Both the position numbers and the translations under genes were made by a program. A stretch of 63,838 nt of DNA, counting the filler, from Intoshia linei (Eukaryota; Animalia; Orthonectida), in the NCBI GenBank assembly GCA_001642005.1. It is 6 parts of 6 records of this genome, joined end to end, with 100 filler letters (N's around TTAATTAATTAA, not from the genome) between each part and the next. Parts side by side here need not be neighbours in the genome. Positions count along the whole stretch, not along the records: positions 1 to 11,274 come from LWCA01001181.1; positions 11,375 to 30,385 come from LWCA01000750.1; 4 more parts are not named here. One strand, given 5' to 3'. The notes beneath the pieces were generated by a model. It searched no databases, had not been told where the DNA came from, and was given only the letters and a program-made list of their open reading frames with translations. Shown one piece after another: positions 1 through 12,607 of the stretch (positions are counted from its first letter, which is position 1; each line of letters begins with the position of its first letter).

Positions 1-858
1 TAGACTTGTAAAATTTCGTACAGATGTATAGATTAATGAAACGAACAAAATTTTTACTTGTCCCTCCAGAAAATCTGAAAATAATTATTTACTATGAAAA
101 ATATGTTCACCCTATTGTCCACTCTTATTATTATTATTATTAAAAATATTTTAACATGTAAATATAAAGGAAATACAGTCTAACCTTGTAGATTTAACAT
201 TCATGCAATATTTCACATATATTTTATTCTACAACAGCCATGTCACACTCAAATACAAAAATAGCGGGCCGCATTATTTTGAAAATTTTTTAGACGGTCT
301 CATCATAAAAATATTTCTAGTATCACACCTTTGGAAACAATGATTATTATAATAGGAATCGATAGTTATCAATTATGTTTTTATTTAAAGTATTGTAGAA
401 TTACCAATAATTTCGGAATTGAATACCTTGCACTAAAAAATTACTTTAAATACATGTATTTTATCATAATTAATTAGTACCGTAATGGAAATGTAAAAAT
501 ACATTTTAAATTTGATACCGTAACAAATAAACTAAATGTAATCATAATTATTAATTAATTATTAAAAATACATATTAGAATTATACGTTCGAAATGTGCG
601 GAAACTTAGAAGATACACCTTTTATAATGTGAAATATCAACGTACAACCATTTTTCATTTAATATTTACGACTATGTAATTTATTAATTCAAAAATTTTG
701 AAAATCAAAGTATGTCTACGGAAATTTATATAGTGTATATGAATTAACCCTAAATTTAATAAATTTTAACTTTAAATTTAATTAAACCAGTGGTTCCAAG
801 AGAAAATAAAAAAATATATATTTTAATGGCAAAGATTTTTTTATATTAAAATATTTAC

Positions 859-3063
859 TTTAGATGCCTCAGCGCGCGCTGGTGCACCTATTAAGACTCA
901 GTGGTTTATAATGATTGACCCACCGAGATAACTACCTAACAATATTGTAAAATATTGAATGAAGGAATGATGTAAAAATTTTCAAAAATGGCTCGCTATT
1001 TTAAGATTCCTAATATACACATGATCCGTTGTAATAATTACTCCTGTCGCATTCTTTATTATGGTCAAAGCTCCTTCATTTGTATAAACAAACTAATTTT
1101 TGTAGAAAGTATATAAAATAATACGCTCATTTTTATAATTTCTTTAATTAAAGGGATTAAATATCTAGTTGTAGCCATCACGTCTAAATATTTATTCATC
1201 GTTCTAAGTAACTAAATTATGATATAATAATATCTGAAGATTCTTAACACCAATATCCATTAATTTTTTTTCGAAACGAAACATTGCTATACACTAAATG
1301 AAACATTACTTATTGATTAATATCATCTACCAAATTTAAATTGAGACTTAATGTGCACACTTTGACAATGGTTGACTAAAATTATGTATTACAATATACA
1401 CTGAAATTACATCTCTTATTTCCTTTTCAATTAATTCCTCTTCACCTAAATAGTTGATAATTTCAACGTTTAAGATATGTTACTCAATTCTACACAACTT
1501 TTTTGACTGACTTTACATTCATAACTTTTCTCGCATTTTATAACATTGTAACTCTCACATAATATAGCTATTTCAAATTAAAATATAAATATATTATCTT
1601 ACATAAAACGGTACACTTTGTAAAAATTTTTATACAATTATATCGGTATGTGCATAAATAATAGGGTAAAATACTGCACACATTTTCTAAAATATTATTA
1701 CTTTTATGAAAATTTTTTATTTACGATTAGCAAAAAAATTGCAGTTATTTGCAATAAAATCCCATCTACAGTACGATTTCGCTTTACAGTCATATCGGTT
1801 TGATATTACTATACATTTATCTTCTAAATAATCATTAATATGCACTATATACAATTTTAAACCTTGAAAATAATTGCAATATGGTGTATATTCTTTTGTA
1901 ATATCGTTTAAGATTAGTTGCCATCTGCAAAATCCGACACCTTCACAATTTTTTTTATTATTTTTAAACACGTCGCACAATTTTGCTAAAAATGTATTAC
2001 AATTGCTATAATCTTACTGTCTTGGCAAAGTGTATGATAAAGAAATAAAAAAATATATATAATACTCAACTTCATATGTAAAAATTTGTTTATTTTGTAA
2101 TATAAACATGTATATACATTTATTAATATAAATAGAAAGATTTAACATATATTCTTCACATATTTTTAGATGAACCTAACCATTTTGAACTTTTACCTAA
2201 GATTAAGATTAGGATAATTAATAATCATTTATATTTTATGGTAACAATAATATAATATATATTAAAATAATGCATATTTTTTTCAGTCATCACCAAAGAG
2301 TTGAATTTTAATCCATCAACTTAAATCCACAACTATACATGTAATTATATTCTATTGCACTTACTTTGCATACATTATATGTTTAAAAAGTAAGTGGTCA
2401 AATTTCTTATACGTGCAATCAATTTTAAAATTTTTGTCAAGTGTGTGGTGCATATAATCTAGAGAATATAGTTTTTTAAAGCATTATGTGCTAATTATTA
2501 CTGTAACCACGATCTGAAATTATACATAATTTTAAGATTATAATTATAATTACAATCTGAATTAGCGAAACGGTTTATTAAAAGTTGGAAAATGTTATAT
2601 CGGGTATATTTCATTTAAAATTTTACATTTCCATCAATAAATACTTTTCATAACAAAAATAAAATGCAGAGTTCAAAATATTTTTCTATACAATGTAAAT
2701 ATAAAATATCAACCACACATCGTTTACCATAAAAAGTTTCATCTTTACCTATAATTATAATTGCTTTTGAATTAATTAAAAAGGCGTTTGAGGACACATA
2801 TTAATAAGTAGTCATTCTGTAAACCAGAATGTACTATCTAGAAACCTCTGTAAAGTGAAACAGCAATACATCTATATATTTTAACTACTCATTTCAATAA
2901 TAATGATATTCTAAAATAAACCTGTCACTATTAAGTTATAAAAATCCATTTCAATTTTTTACATGTTTTTGAAATATAAAAATATCAACCCTAACCACGA
3001 TAAAAAAATAAAATTAAAAACCTTGCTTTCTGGCATTTGATTTAGCCATATTTTTAACATCAT
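859..3063 (-). CDS. Multi-exon hypothetical cysteine-rich protein (boundaries approximate)
   Basis: Series of GT-AG bounded open segments on the minus strand, e.g. DVMATTRYLIPLIKEIIKMS, FVYTNEGALTIIKNATG and GKDETFYGKRCV. ORF 1717-1980 carries two C-x(8-9)-C-x5-CRW repeats. No family recognised. Confidence 0.4.
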
Positions 3064-3458
3064 AGTCGTGTTGAATTTTAACTAAATATATTAATTATAT
3101 ATTAGTATTGATAAAAATTGTAGTAAACTTTGGATACTTTCATAATTTTTAATGAATATATTTACAAAATAATAATATATTATAAAAATCAAAGTTTCTC
3201 AAACTTTTCAACATTACCCAAAACTCTACACACAGAATACAAATATAGTTAATCTAGTTAAGCTAAAACATTTGATAAGTACTGTTCCTCTGTGATAAAA
3301 ATATTTATCTATATGCAGTTTAGAAATATACTGTTTTAGATAAAAAAAGTCCAAGTTGGAAATAACGTACATGTATAACGTACACGTATATAGTATATAT
3401 AACCTGTTCATAGTTTGGTTTTATATTCTGTTTTGTAAATTGTTTTAACCATTTAAAC

Positions 3459-3932
3459 CAATGATTCTTAACCTGGGCGATAGCGCCCCCCTTGAAGCGT
3501 TTTTATGATCGACTGGGCGAAAATATTTTTATCGCATCAGTTGGGATAACAATTAATTAATAAGTTGGGACCAATATAACATCAGATTATAACCGTTCAA
3601 TAAACCTATCTGGCACAGTGGTTATAGTCACATAATTATTTTGTAGAAAGGGTTTGTATTCATCTTTGGAATGTTACTAATATCTATTGGAATTATAATG
3701 TTACTATTGGCCTTTCCATCTACTTACCTTGTTGAGAAAGGTTTTAGCGTAGTTTTAGGTTTTACGCTTTTTTTGTCCATTCCCACAACGTTTTTTCTAA
3801 TTTATAAATAAACTGTTGACTTCATTTTGAAAATAAATGTGCCATATAAGTATACTTTTCAGCAGCTTCAGCAGCGGCGCACCCAATATGTAAAAAATTC
3901 CTCCCAGTCATAAACCCAGTTGAGAATCACTG
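3459..3932. mobile_element. hAT-type MITE
   Basis: TIRs CAATGATTCTTAAC...GTTGAGAATCACTG; degenerate 8-bp TSD atttaaac/atttagct. Confidence 0.6.
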
Positions 3933-4228
3933 ATTTAGCTTAAAGTTTAAAAAATTTAACTCTAAAAAATACTTTTACAATAATAATCGTATGTGGAATA
4001 AAATATAATTAATAAATTTATTAAAATTTTTACATAAAATGATAAAAATTCTACATTTCTACGAAATTTTGTCACAACACTGATTTATATATAATTATTT
4101 GATTAATCAGTAATTATATATTTATCAGCCTTTCAAGAAATATTTTCTAAAGGATTGCAGGCTCACCTATCAACAATGTCAATTTTTCACATTCTTAGAA
4201 AATATGAATATTGGTGATTATGCATCAC

Positions 4229-5020
4229 CAGAGGTGGTACCAGCAATGCTGTATTTTGCTGTCCGTACAGCAAGTGCTGTACATTTTTACAACAAAGTAT
4301 TGCTGTATTTCCAGCAAAAAGTACAGCAATATTTTACAATCATAATCGTTTATTTTAGAATTTGATTTTATTTTAAATCTGTTTAATTTAAAGTAAATAT
4401 ATATCGTTCAAAATTCATAATGCGTGTTAAATTACTTTGAAAAAATAAATTGTGAATATGCAATCTATGCAAAAGAAAACTAAATTATATGTATTCCATT
4501 AAGCGGCTATATAAAGATATTTTTCGCAACACAAAAATATTCACTCAAATGTTAAAAACAGCCTATTTGAATCAACACTGAATGATTCTTTATATATAAG
4601 ATATATATGAAAGAATATATATAATGTTAATATTTAATTTATTTTTGTCTGCCAAAGAAAAAAAATTTACAAAGTGATAATGACACATTTTAAAAAATGG
4701 AATTAATTTAATAAAAAATTACGTATACTAATGTTTGAGGAGTAAACCCAAAATTGTGTTAAATTTCGTATTATTACTAGATTTTCATTTGATTAACGAC
4801 AGATTATACAAAAAATAAGCCAGCAAAAAATATAAAGAATATATAATTATCATGAAGAAAAAAATAAAATATTAGAATATTATCACGTGAAATCATAGAA
4901 AATATTAAAACACCAAAGAAAACTTGCATATAAACATAAAATCGCAGCTGATAGTTTAAATTCTTAAAAATGGCAAAGAAATTAATGAACAATGTATCCT
5001 CGGTATTACAAGAAAATTAA
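4229..5020 (+). mobile_element. Decayed hAT transposon (left end and transposase relics)
   Basis: CAGAGGTGG end followed by repeated TACAGCAA/TGCTGTA subterminal motifs in both orientations. BED-finger-like relic ICNLCKRKLNY at ~4460 and dimerisation-like relic FLKMAKKLMNNVSS at ~4960. Confidence 0.4.
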
Positions 5021-5031
5021 GCAAAATTCAT

Positions 5032-5747
5032 TTATACGGATATTAATATTTTGAACATTATCATAAATTTAAATTTAAAAAAATTATATCTTCAAGACCA
5101 TAACCACAAATTACTCTTCTTTTTTTATAAAAACAGCCCTAGAATTTAAAAAAATTTATAGGTGGTACAGTTGTATCCTGATAACACACACAAAAAATTT
5201 CAATCCGAACAAGTGACGACTTCACGGTCAAAAAAACATTTTAGTATTCATATATTTTTTTCCGAAATATTTTATTAAAACAAAAAATATGAAATAATTA
5301 ACTGTCCGAAAATTTAAAAATAAAAGGTTATTCTGATAGAGCTTATTCCAGTTGATATAAATACAAAATTTCAAGCCCAGAAATCGACGTATTCCCGGTG
5401 AAAAATAAGTTTTAATATATTATCAACCAATATTTTTCAATAATAAATAATTTTGAAATAACGTATAAGGAAGTTTTTAATTGATAAAAACAGTCATCGA
5501 AGCGGCTCAGAAGTTTAGGTATAAAAAAAATTAAGATGGAATAAATCACTTTAAAGTACAAAGTAATGTGATATGATGGTTTCACCTGAAACAAGTTTGG
5601 GAACCACTCCTTTAAAGGATTGATGATAGTCAATAGTAGAAATTTTAAGTTAGATTTTCAACGTGAATTTATTTTTTTAGTATAATATAAATGTGCCCTC
5701 GGCAGAGCTAGGTGCTGTTTGTACGTAGTACATAACAGTCAACCTAG
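5032..5747 (+). mobile_element. Non-autonomous Helitron, 5'-truncated copy
   Basis: Matches the copies at 46119 and 51973; 3' hairpin CTGTTTGTAC-GTA-GTACATAACAG followed by CTAG|T. Confidence 0.75.
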
Positions 5748-6054
5748 TATAATATATAAATGTTACGTAGGTTATTTATAAAAGATGATTTGCTATATCC
5801 ATTCGGGTCGAATTCTTTCTAAATATAAGCTATAATGTAACATTACTAAAACACTTTCAATCAAACAATATTAAATAAAATTTGGTTGTCTTTTGGGTGT
5901 GGATCCGTCAAATAATATGAAATAAGATTAGTTAAAAATACAATAAAAAATCATTGTATTCAAAATACATAAATACTGAAAAATGTGTTATAAAACTTTT
6001 ACATGATACTATATTAAAACCTACCAAATTATAGTCACCAATGAGGACGTATTC

Positions 6055-6330
6055 AGTTCCAAACCTACCGTTCCCGATACTCTCTTCGGGCCTGTTACAA
6101 AATTTTTGAACAATATAGCCTTGTTTTTCGAAATTGATTATTAAAAAATTCTATTGTTGAATAACGAATCTATGTTGTGTATTAAGTTTAAAATGTCATG
6201 TTAAGATCCTTGGAGAGATAGCTAGGGTGTTATATGCCACTATGCATCTTTTGCAAAAATTTTTTGAAGTGATTTATTTTTAATTTTCCGTAGACTCGAA
6301 AATAGAGGTAATTCGCCATGTCCATATTTT
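6055..6330 (+). repeat. Dispersed repeat family, probable DNA-transposon end (other copies ~26417-26640 + and ~34500-34747 -)
   Basis: Shared diverged blocks CAGT.CC.AAC.TACCG, CCAAATTGAGCA.TAAAAA and AGGG.TATATG.CACTA in three places. Confidence 0.55.
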
Positions 6331-6679
6331 TACCATCTAATATATTTCTCTCAAAAACTTATATTATTAACAGAGGCCAACGCTTTAAGGTTTATACTGT
6401 GTTTGAAAAATATACTAACATTAACAGAAAAAAAAGGATATTATCCGATTCATAATAAATCAAATTTTAAATATTTTAACAAATACAAATTACAAATGTA
6501 GGATTTAGATAGTCCTAATTTGGCGTGACCAAAAAAAAAATGTACTATCAGTTTTAATATATTTAGAGTCAATTTTAATCCAAAATATTTTTTTACTCTT
6601 ATAGATTATGTAATTTTGGTTTTATATATGACTTAAAAAAAATTGAAGTAGTCCTTTTTTCTGTAGCTACCTAATTATC

Positions 6680-7389
6680 AAATGAAATATAATTCCTGTC
6701 TTCATCGGAACCAACAAAAATATAATTAAAAAAGGATTTTTCCATAATATTTATTAAATTTAATTTCATCTTTTTTAGAATATAAAAAATTGTATCAAAA
6801 GATAACTCATAAACTAATCACACCAACCAAAAATTGCAAAAAACAAACCTTATCAAAATTAGTTCCCCGTTGATCAATATCAAAATGTTGTACAAGTTTT
6901 TCATATATGCTTAAAACCAATTAGGATACTAAAAAAAGTGAAAATACCAAGGATTTTTAAAACTTCTAGTTTTCTGCATTTCACAGTTAAGACTGGTTCC
7001 AGTTCCAAAAAAACTATGGTAAACGCGATTAACTTTATCCAGTAATTCTTTATCACAATCTTCATTTGGAGTAGAAGGCAATAAGCCCTGATCGTCAATA
7101 GATTCATCATCCTTTACAACTGAAATTAAATAAAATGTAAATTGTTCGATGCATAGATAAAATTACCACAATTTGATTGTTCATTTGAAGATAACACTTC
7201 ACAGTCTTTAACGACATTTGACAGTACCTAACATTTTTAAATTAGAATCAAATTTAAAATACCGAATTATTTACATCATTCTTTTCGGACGTATCACTAT
7301 CATCGCTAACATACGCTGATATTCCTAAAACTAAACATACTTAATAACATTTTAATTCATTGAGTACTATTTGAATTTTTTTCATTCAT
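6680..7389 (-). CDS. SAP30BP: SAP30-binding protein (HCNGP family); 3' end uncertain
   Basis: Spliced translation MNEKNSNRISAYVSDDSD...LLPSTPNEDCDKELLDKVNRVY...EMQKTRSFKNPCIYEKLVQHFDIDQRGTNFDK matches the HCNGP motif F(R/K)NPxIYEKLxxxxxIDxxGTN. Confidence 0.85.
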
Positions 7390-7458
7390 TTTAATAAATA
7401 TACCATAGAAGTATTGAAATACGAACAACTAAACTTTATTTACAATTTTGAGACAATA

Positions 7459-8536
7459 TTATTTATTTGTTGGAGCAGAAGTCGAGTTGTTTGGTATTTC
7501 TTTAGATTTTCGAATTGCTTTAAAAACATCAACGCTATGATAAGGCGTATCTGTGACTGGATCAATATATTTGGCTGGCTTATCGGTAATTTTACAAAAT
7601 TTTTGTTTTGATGGTTCAGTATTAAATTTTTCGACACTAAAATATTTTTGCAAATCATCTGGGCAAGTGAAATGTATAGTGTTTTTATAATCTGTTCCAT
7701 CCCTGCAATTTTTAGAAATTACTATTGAAATAAAATGAAATATTACCCATTTAAACGAGAAATTGTCATAATTTTATTTGTATCGATATTGTACGTTGAT
7801 TTTTTATTTTTCCTTTTGCGTTCAATTTCCCATTTATTGTGCCTGTCTAGATTATCAAATGATAACAAATTTTTTAAACTATGAATTTTACAAACCTAAT
7901 GATTCAAGATTGATTTTTTCCGTAATTTTCGCTTCAGTCAACATTTCTTCCTGAGTATAAACCTTGAATTCTGATTTTTTAAAAATTGGTTTTAATTTCA
8001 TTTTCTCTTCTCTAATTTTCACTGCTTCTTCAGTATGTTCTCTTTTTTCATTTGTAGACGATCTGAATGATTTTCTTTCATAATCTAAATAATAATTCCA
8101 ATTTAAATTTTAAATATAGTATACAAAGTGGAAATTGAATAAATTTTTTCTTTTCCTTTTTTTCTACTGGTTTTCCAATGTTTGTCATACCAGACTTTTT
8201 TAAACGAGGATCCTTAATTTTAAATTCATACAATGTTATGTGACATTTACCATATAAACATTTTTTTTACTTTTCTTTGTTATATCAATTTCTTCTTTAG
8301 CAGAGTCGGTTTCAGTATCACTGAAATCTGTATCTGTGGAATCAGATCCATTGGTACTGTCAGTATCCGGTTGAAAATCATCGTCATTTGCTTTCTATTT
8401 TCACTTTTTAAATTTATTTTTTTACAAATTTAACCTCTTCTAGACCACCATATATTGTATCATAAAAAACGTCGTTTTCATTGGTAGTATATAATGTTCG
8501 CATACGCGATCCTCTTAATTTTCTAAAAAATTTCAT
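7459..8536 (-). CDS. VPS72: VPS72/YL1 H2A.Z chaperone (SWR1/TIP60 subunit)
   Basis: N-terminal GSRMRTLY..ENDVFYDTIYGGLEE plus acidic tract, central TQEEMLTEAKITEKINLESL, and YL1_C motif CKITDKPAKYIDPVTDTPY; short GT-AG introns. Confidence 0.9.
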
Positions 8537-8615
8537 CTCTATTCAAAATAAACACAAACTTTAGTTGTTAACTAGATATTATAAACATTTATTTATTGTC
8601 ATAATTTTTTCGAGA

Positions 8616-8864
8616 ATGGTTTTATATAATTAATTTTTAATTTATTGAACTTTAGGAGCATACTTTACTGTTGGTACAATCTGAAGCTTTTATGAATAAT
8701 AGGACATTTTGTGATTTTGATAATATTGAGGAGTGTATTGAACATATTTGTAAATTATATGAAGCACATTTGCAGAATTTGTACCCCAATCAAACTTCAA
8801 TCACTTATGATGTGTCCCAATTGTTTGAATATATCGATGAAGTACCTGATATCTTTTGTTTAAC
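8616..8864 (+). CDS. ERH: Enhancer of rudimentary homolog, exons 1-2 (last exon not found)
   Basis: ATG-only first exon, then EHTLLLVQ...RTFCDFDNIEECIEHICKLYEAHL...SITYDVSQLFEYIDEVPDIFCL ending at a GT donor. Confidence 0.9.
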
Positions 8865-8891
8865 GTAATTTTATTTTTATTCTGTTCTTAT

Positions 8892-9662
8892 TGTCGAATG
8901 ATCATGCCCTTATGACCAGATAAGTAGTAATCAATGGCAGCTGCCATGCAGCAAAACTATTTTTCATTTGCCACCTCTAAATAAATTCCCACGTCTGTTG
9001 GAGAGTCTGTCGAGGGAAATAATGCGGAGATCCCGCTGACATCTCGTTTACATTTTTGTCCAGTTTCAATGCATGTTGCTGTGTCTCTGCCCTTTGAAAT
9101 TTGGCCAATCTCACTGGAAGCATACACAGGATTGCCAATTCCGTGTTCATGGCCTCCTTATACTTTTGTTCACCCACCATATTGTCTAGAATTTCGCCAC
9201 CAAACCTTGTATCAATGGTGTTGGTCATACAGACATTTTTTTTATTATTGTCTTGAATGTCATTTTTCCCAATTGAAGTCCTTCGAGTCTGAAATTCAAA
9301 GTTGGGAATATTAAGATACTTCAATAGGAAGCATTTGGTTAATATCTAGATATGTGTGTTGGACGAAGCTCTTATAAACTGCCGCGTCCAACGTTGCCAC
9401 TGTATTTACCACACTTTTCGTTGTAGATATTGATATCTTGTGTTGATTTGTGTTTTCCGTGTACGGTTCTATGGGATCATCCAGCATTGGAGTCGAGATC
9501 TCTATTACCCCATTCATATACCTTGAGCTTTTAAACGTGGTACCGACTTTATAATATTGTTCTTTATGTTTAGTTATACTGTTTATCTTTTTAAATTTGT
9601 TTTTAGCTCATTTTTTTTAAATTTTATTAACGATTTAATTTCTCGAATTCTGGATATTTACA
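8892..9662. mobile_element. Putative solo LTR or retroelement fragment in the ERH intron
   Basis: Block richer in GC than its flanks, bounded by TGT...ACA, with near-identical 4-bp flanks ttat/ttac. Internal ORFs show no recognisable domain. Confidence 0.35.
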
Positions 9663-9797
9663 TTACAGTCCGACCCCTTTTTTGAAAAGTACCCCTTAAT
9701 CAGGGGTTTTAGTAAGTTATTAAATTTTTCATTGCAATACATTATGATATTATATTTTTTCTACAGTATTTGTATTACAGTTCAACACGGTTTAGGG

Positions 9798-9869
9798 CAG
9801 CGCTTCCCAACATACTACCTAATTTCTGGTACCCCTTAGGGGTCCCAGTACCCCATTTGAGAACCGCTG
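9798..9869. mobile_element. 72-bp hAT mini-MITE
   Basis: TIRs CAGCGCTTCCCAA / TTGAGAACCGCTG; TSD gtttaggg/gtttagag. Confidence 0.7.
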
Positions 9870-10980
9870 GTTTAGAGTGATATTATCAGCTAAATACCTG
9901 AAAATCAAAATTATGAATATTTTTGTAATTATATAATTATTTTTCAGAATTATAGGTCCAGTAGACGCTATTCATAACAACATTTAATTGGTGTTGTAAT
10001 GGAAAATGTAAACGTTAATATTATGATGTTTATTATTATATTTTAAAAATTTCGCTTTATTTCGATAATGTAAATAAATTTATTTATATTTTACAAAGTC
10101 AACAATGCATAATACAATTTAAACAGTAAAAAATGTATTTTAGTTACTAAAAAATAGATGCGTTACCTATGATGTGTCACTTATGGAATGATTTTATTGT
10201 TGTACTAGGTGAAGTGATTTCTATACATTTACTATAGCTAATGTTACAATTGAACATCATTTTTCAACGTGTTGTAATGGAAAATGTTGTTATGCATACT
10301 TTTTAATTTAGAATAATAATTATCGCATGCAAAATGCAAAAAGATTCTGTAATGTGGTGTGAATTTTGAAAGTGTCTTTTAATGACGTACGAGTCTCATA
10401 CGAGAGTTTGCATACAATCATTTATTATACATAAAGTTTGTCGTTTTGACTAAATATCTCGTATTTTTTTGTCCATTTATCGTTTAAAAACGTATAATTT
10501 GAAAATAAAAACAAAATAATTTTATCAGTGATAAAAATTTCAATTTTACAGTAGTGGTGGTCTTAAATTTGATTCAAAAACTTATTACAACCAGAGTTGC
10601 CAGAAAGTGTGTAATGTTTTACACATGTTTATTTTTTTAGGCAATGTTCATCTTAATTCTTATCAGATGATTTGATTCAGATCATGTCACATGATTCATG
10701 TGTAGAATCTAAACTGTAGATAAGAATTAACTTAACTAAATTTCAGATCAATTATAAAATAAGTATCGTTAATTATGTAAATTTTTTAACAAATTATAAA
10801 AAGATTATTTTTTAAAGTATGTGAATCAATCAAAGACAGCATGCAACAGAAAAAAACTAAAATAATACATTTAAAATATAAAAAATAAATTGCCCAGCAA
10901 AGAAACCATCATCGTTTTGGACAAGACACAAAAAAGATACCACAACACATGGAAAGAACTAAAATATTATATTTAAAGAA

Positions 10981-11274
10981 TCAAAAATAATTTACCCTCT
11001 CAGCAACTGACAAGTTTGAACGATTTGATATACATAATTGAAAATAGTCTTTTAAGGTGCTCCACTGTGTTATAATTACATTTATGGCTTTTCCGCGTAC
11101 TAGCCACCCTGTTGTGCTGATTGGGATAAATTTGTAAGGATATCTTCTATGGACTAATTTAAATAAATTAGCATATTCATTGGTTCCCAAACTGGAGCGG
11201 TGGAAAAAGCTATGTGTTTTGTATTATACTGTCAATATCAATAGGAAGATCATCAAATGCTCGCAAACAACACA
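10981..11274 (-). pseudogene. hAT transposase fragment
   Basis: FIPISTTGWLVRGKAINVIITQWSTLKDYF resembles the hAT TRW...QW..LK.YF block; frameshifted and cut by the spacer. Confidence 0.65.
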
Positions 11275-11374
11275 NNNNNNNNNNNNNNNNNNNNNNNNNN
11301 NNNNNNNNNNNNNNNNNNTTAATTAATTAANNNNNNNNNNNNNNNNNNNNNNNNNNNNNNNNNNNNNNNNNNNN
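11275..11374. other. Artificial contig spacer
   Basis: 44 N + TTAATTAATTAA + 44 N. Confidence 0.95.
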
Positions 11375-12090
11375 ATGAAATTATCCTCACGTAATATTTG
11401 GGACTTACATCTCCTATTTTTATTCTTTCTTAATAAATTATAGCGTTCGCAGTATGTCTTTAACATATTTAAAATATCCTTCTTATCTTTAATAGAAATT
11501 GTACTTGTAGTCCACAAATCTAACACTTTCGTCACCGTTATATTCAAAACTTGGGAAACAACATATTCCTTTTTTTTATGATAAAAATAAACCTTCAATA
11601 CGTCCCGTAATGTTGGGAAGTTATATTTACGAAAATCTTCCATCACATTGCCTATCATCCAAATATAATCCGCAGATCTTTTTAACACGTGCATTTCAAA
11701 AAAAATAACTTTATAATTTAAATTAATAAAGCTCAATTGAGCACTACATTAAAATTAATCTTGCCTCCTAAAATTTTGCATAGACATACGTATGAATCAG
11801 AAGAATAAAATCAGAGAATATTAGTGAACAAATATATATGACCATTCATGCCAATTTTTTGACCAAAATGTCTAATTTTTTAGCTTTGCACGTCATTGAG
11901 CACTTCTATGATGTTATTTTTTGTATGTAAAATTTGGCATGTGTATTATGTATTGTGTATACATTATGTATTCATAAAATTATCGAAAGGCCTATCAGAA
12001 AATGTAAAAAAAAATTTACACATTATGTGCATATTATGAAAATTGTGTGCACACCTATTAAATAAATAAAAATTTGGGAAATACTACCCT
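11375..12090 (-). mobile_element. DNA transposon left end with transposase N-terminus (hATm-like)
   Basis: ORF IWMIG...FPTLRDVLKVYFYH...KVLDLW...YNLLRKNKNRR..Q..RE..F resembles the N-terminus of widespread invertebrate hATm-type transposases; TAGGGTAG terminus near 12090. Confidence 0.5.
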
Positions 12091-12607
12091 AGTATATACA
12101 GTATTTATAGATTTATTACATTCAATCGATAATTACAATTTGTATTTTTACATTGGTATTGAACATTGTTCCATTTTTGCCAATAAACTATATTAAATTA
12201 AAATATATGTAATAGGGTAGTATCAATTTTATAAATTTATCAGATCACAATCGGATCTAGGAAGTTGGAATATCAATTGAGATTATTTATGCGCCATCCA
12301 CTACCATATTTTTTGATAAATTATAATTTTTAGTGTTAAAAAATGGGATCAAATTAGAAACTGAGACAATTAAAACATTTTTTACTATTATGTGTAATCA
12401 GGTTGCCAACTCTTGCCTTACACTTTCCTTATTTAAATAAACCAATAAGGTCACCATATACTTTAACCCCTTAAAATCCTGTTTTTTAACTCACAACACA
12501 ATAATTAAAAATTTTCAGTGCTCATGCTGATACATACATACATGCATCTCACAAAATTTTTGTCACGGCGGTTTTTGATTAGATTAAAAATAAAATTAAA
12601 AATGTAC

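Noticed and set aside
4240-4335. CRISPR-like short repeats
   Set aside because: Irregularly spaced, mixed-orientation 7-8-mers typical of hAT subterminal repeats; eukaryotic context and no cas genes.
8977-9517. ORFs 8977-9324, 9069-9314 and 9311-9517 as genes
   Set aside because: No recognisable domains; overlapping ORFs are expected in this GC-richer inserted block.
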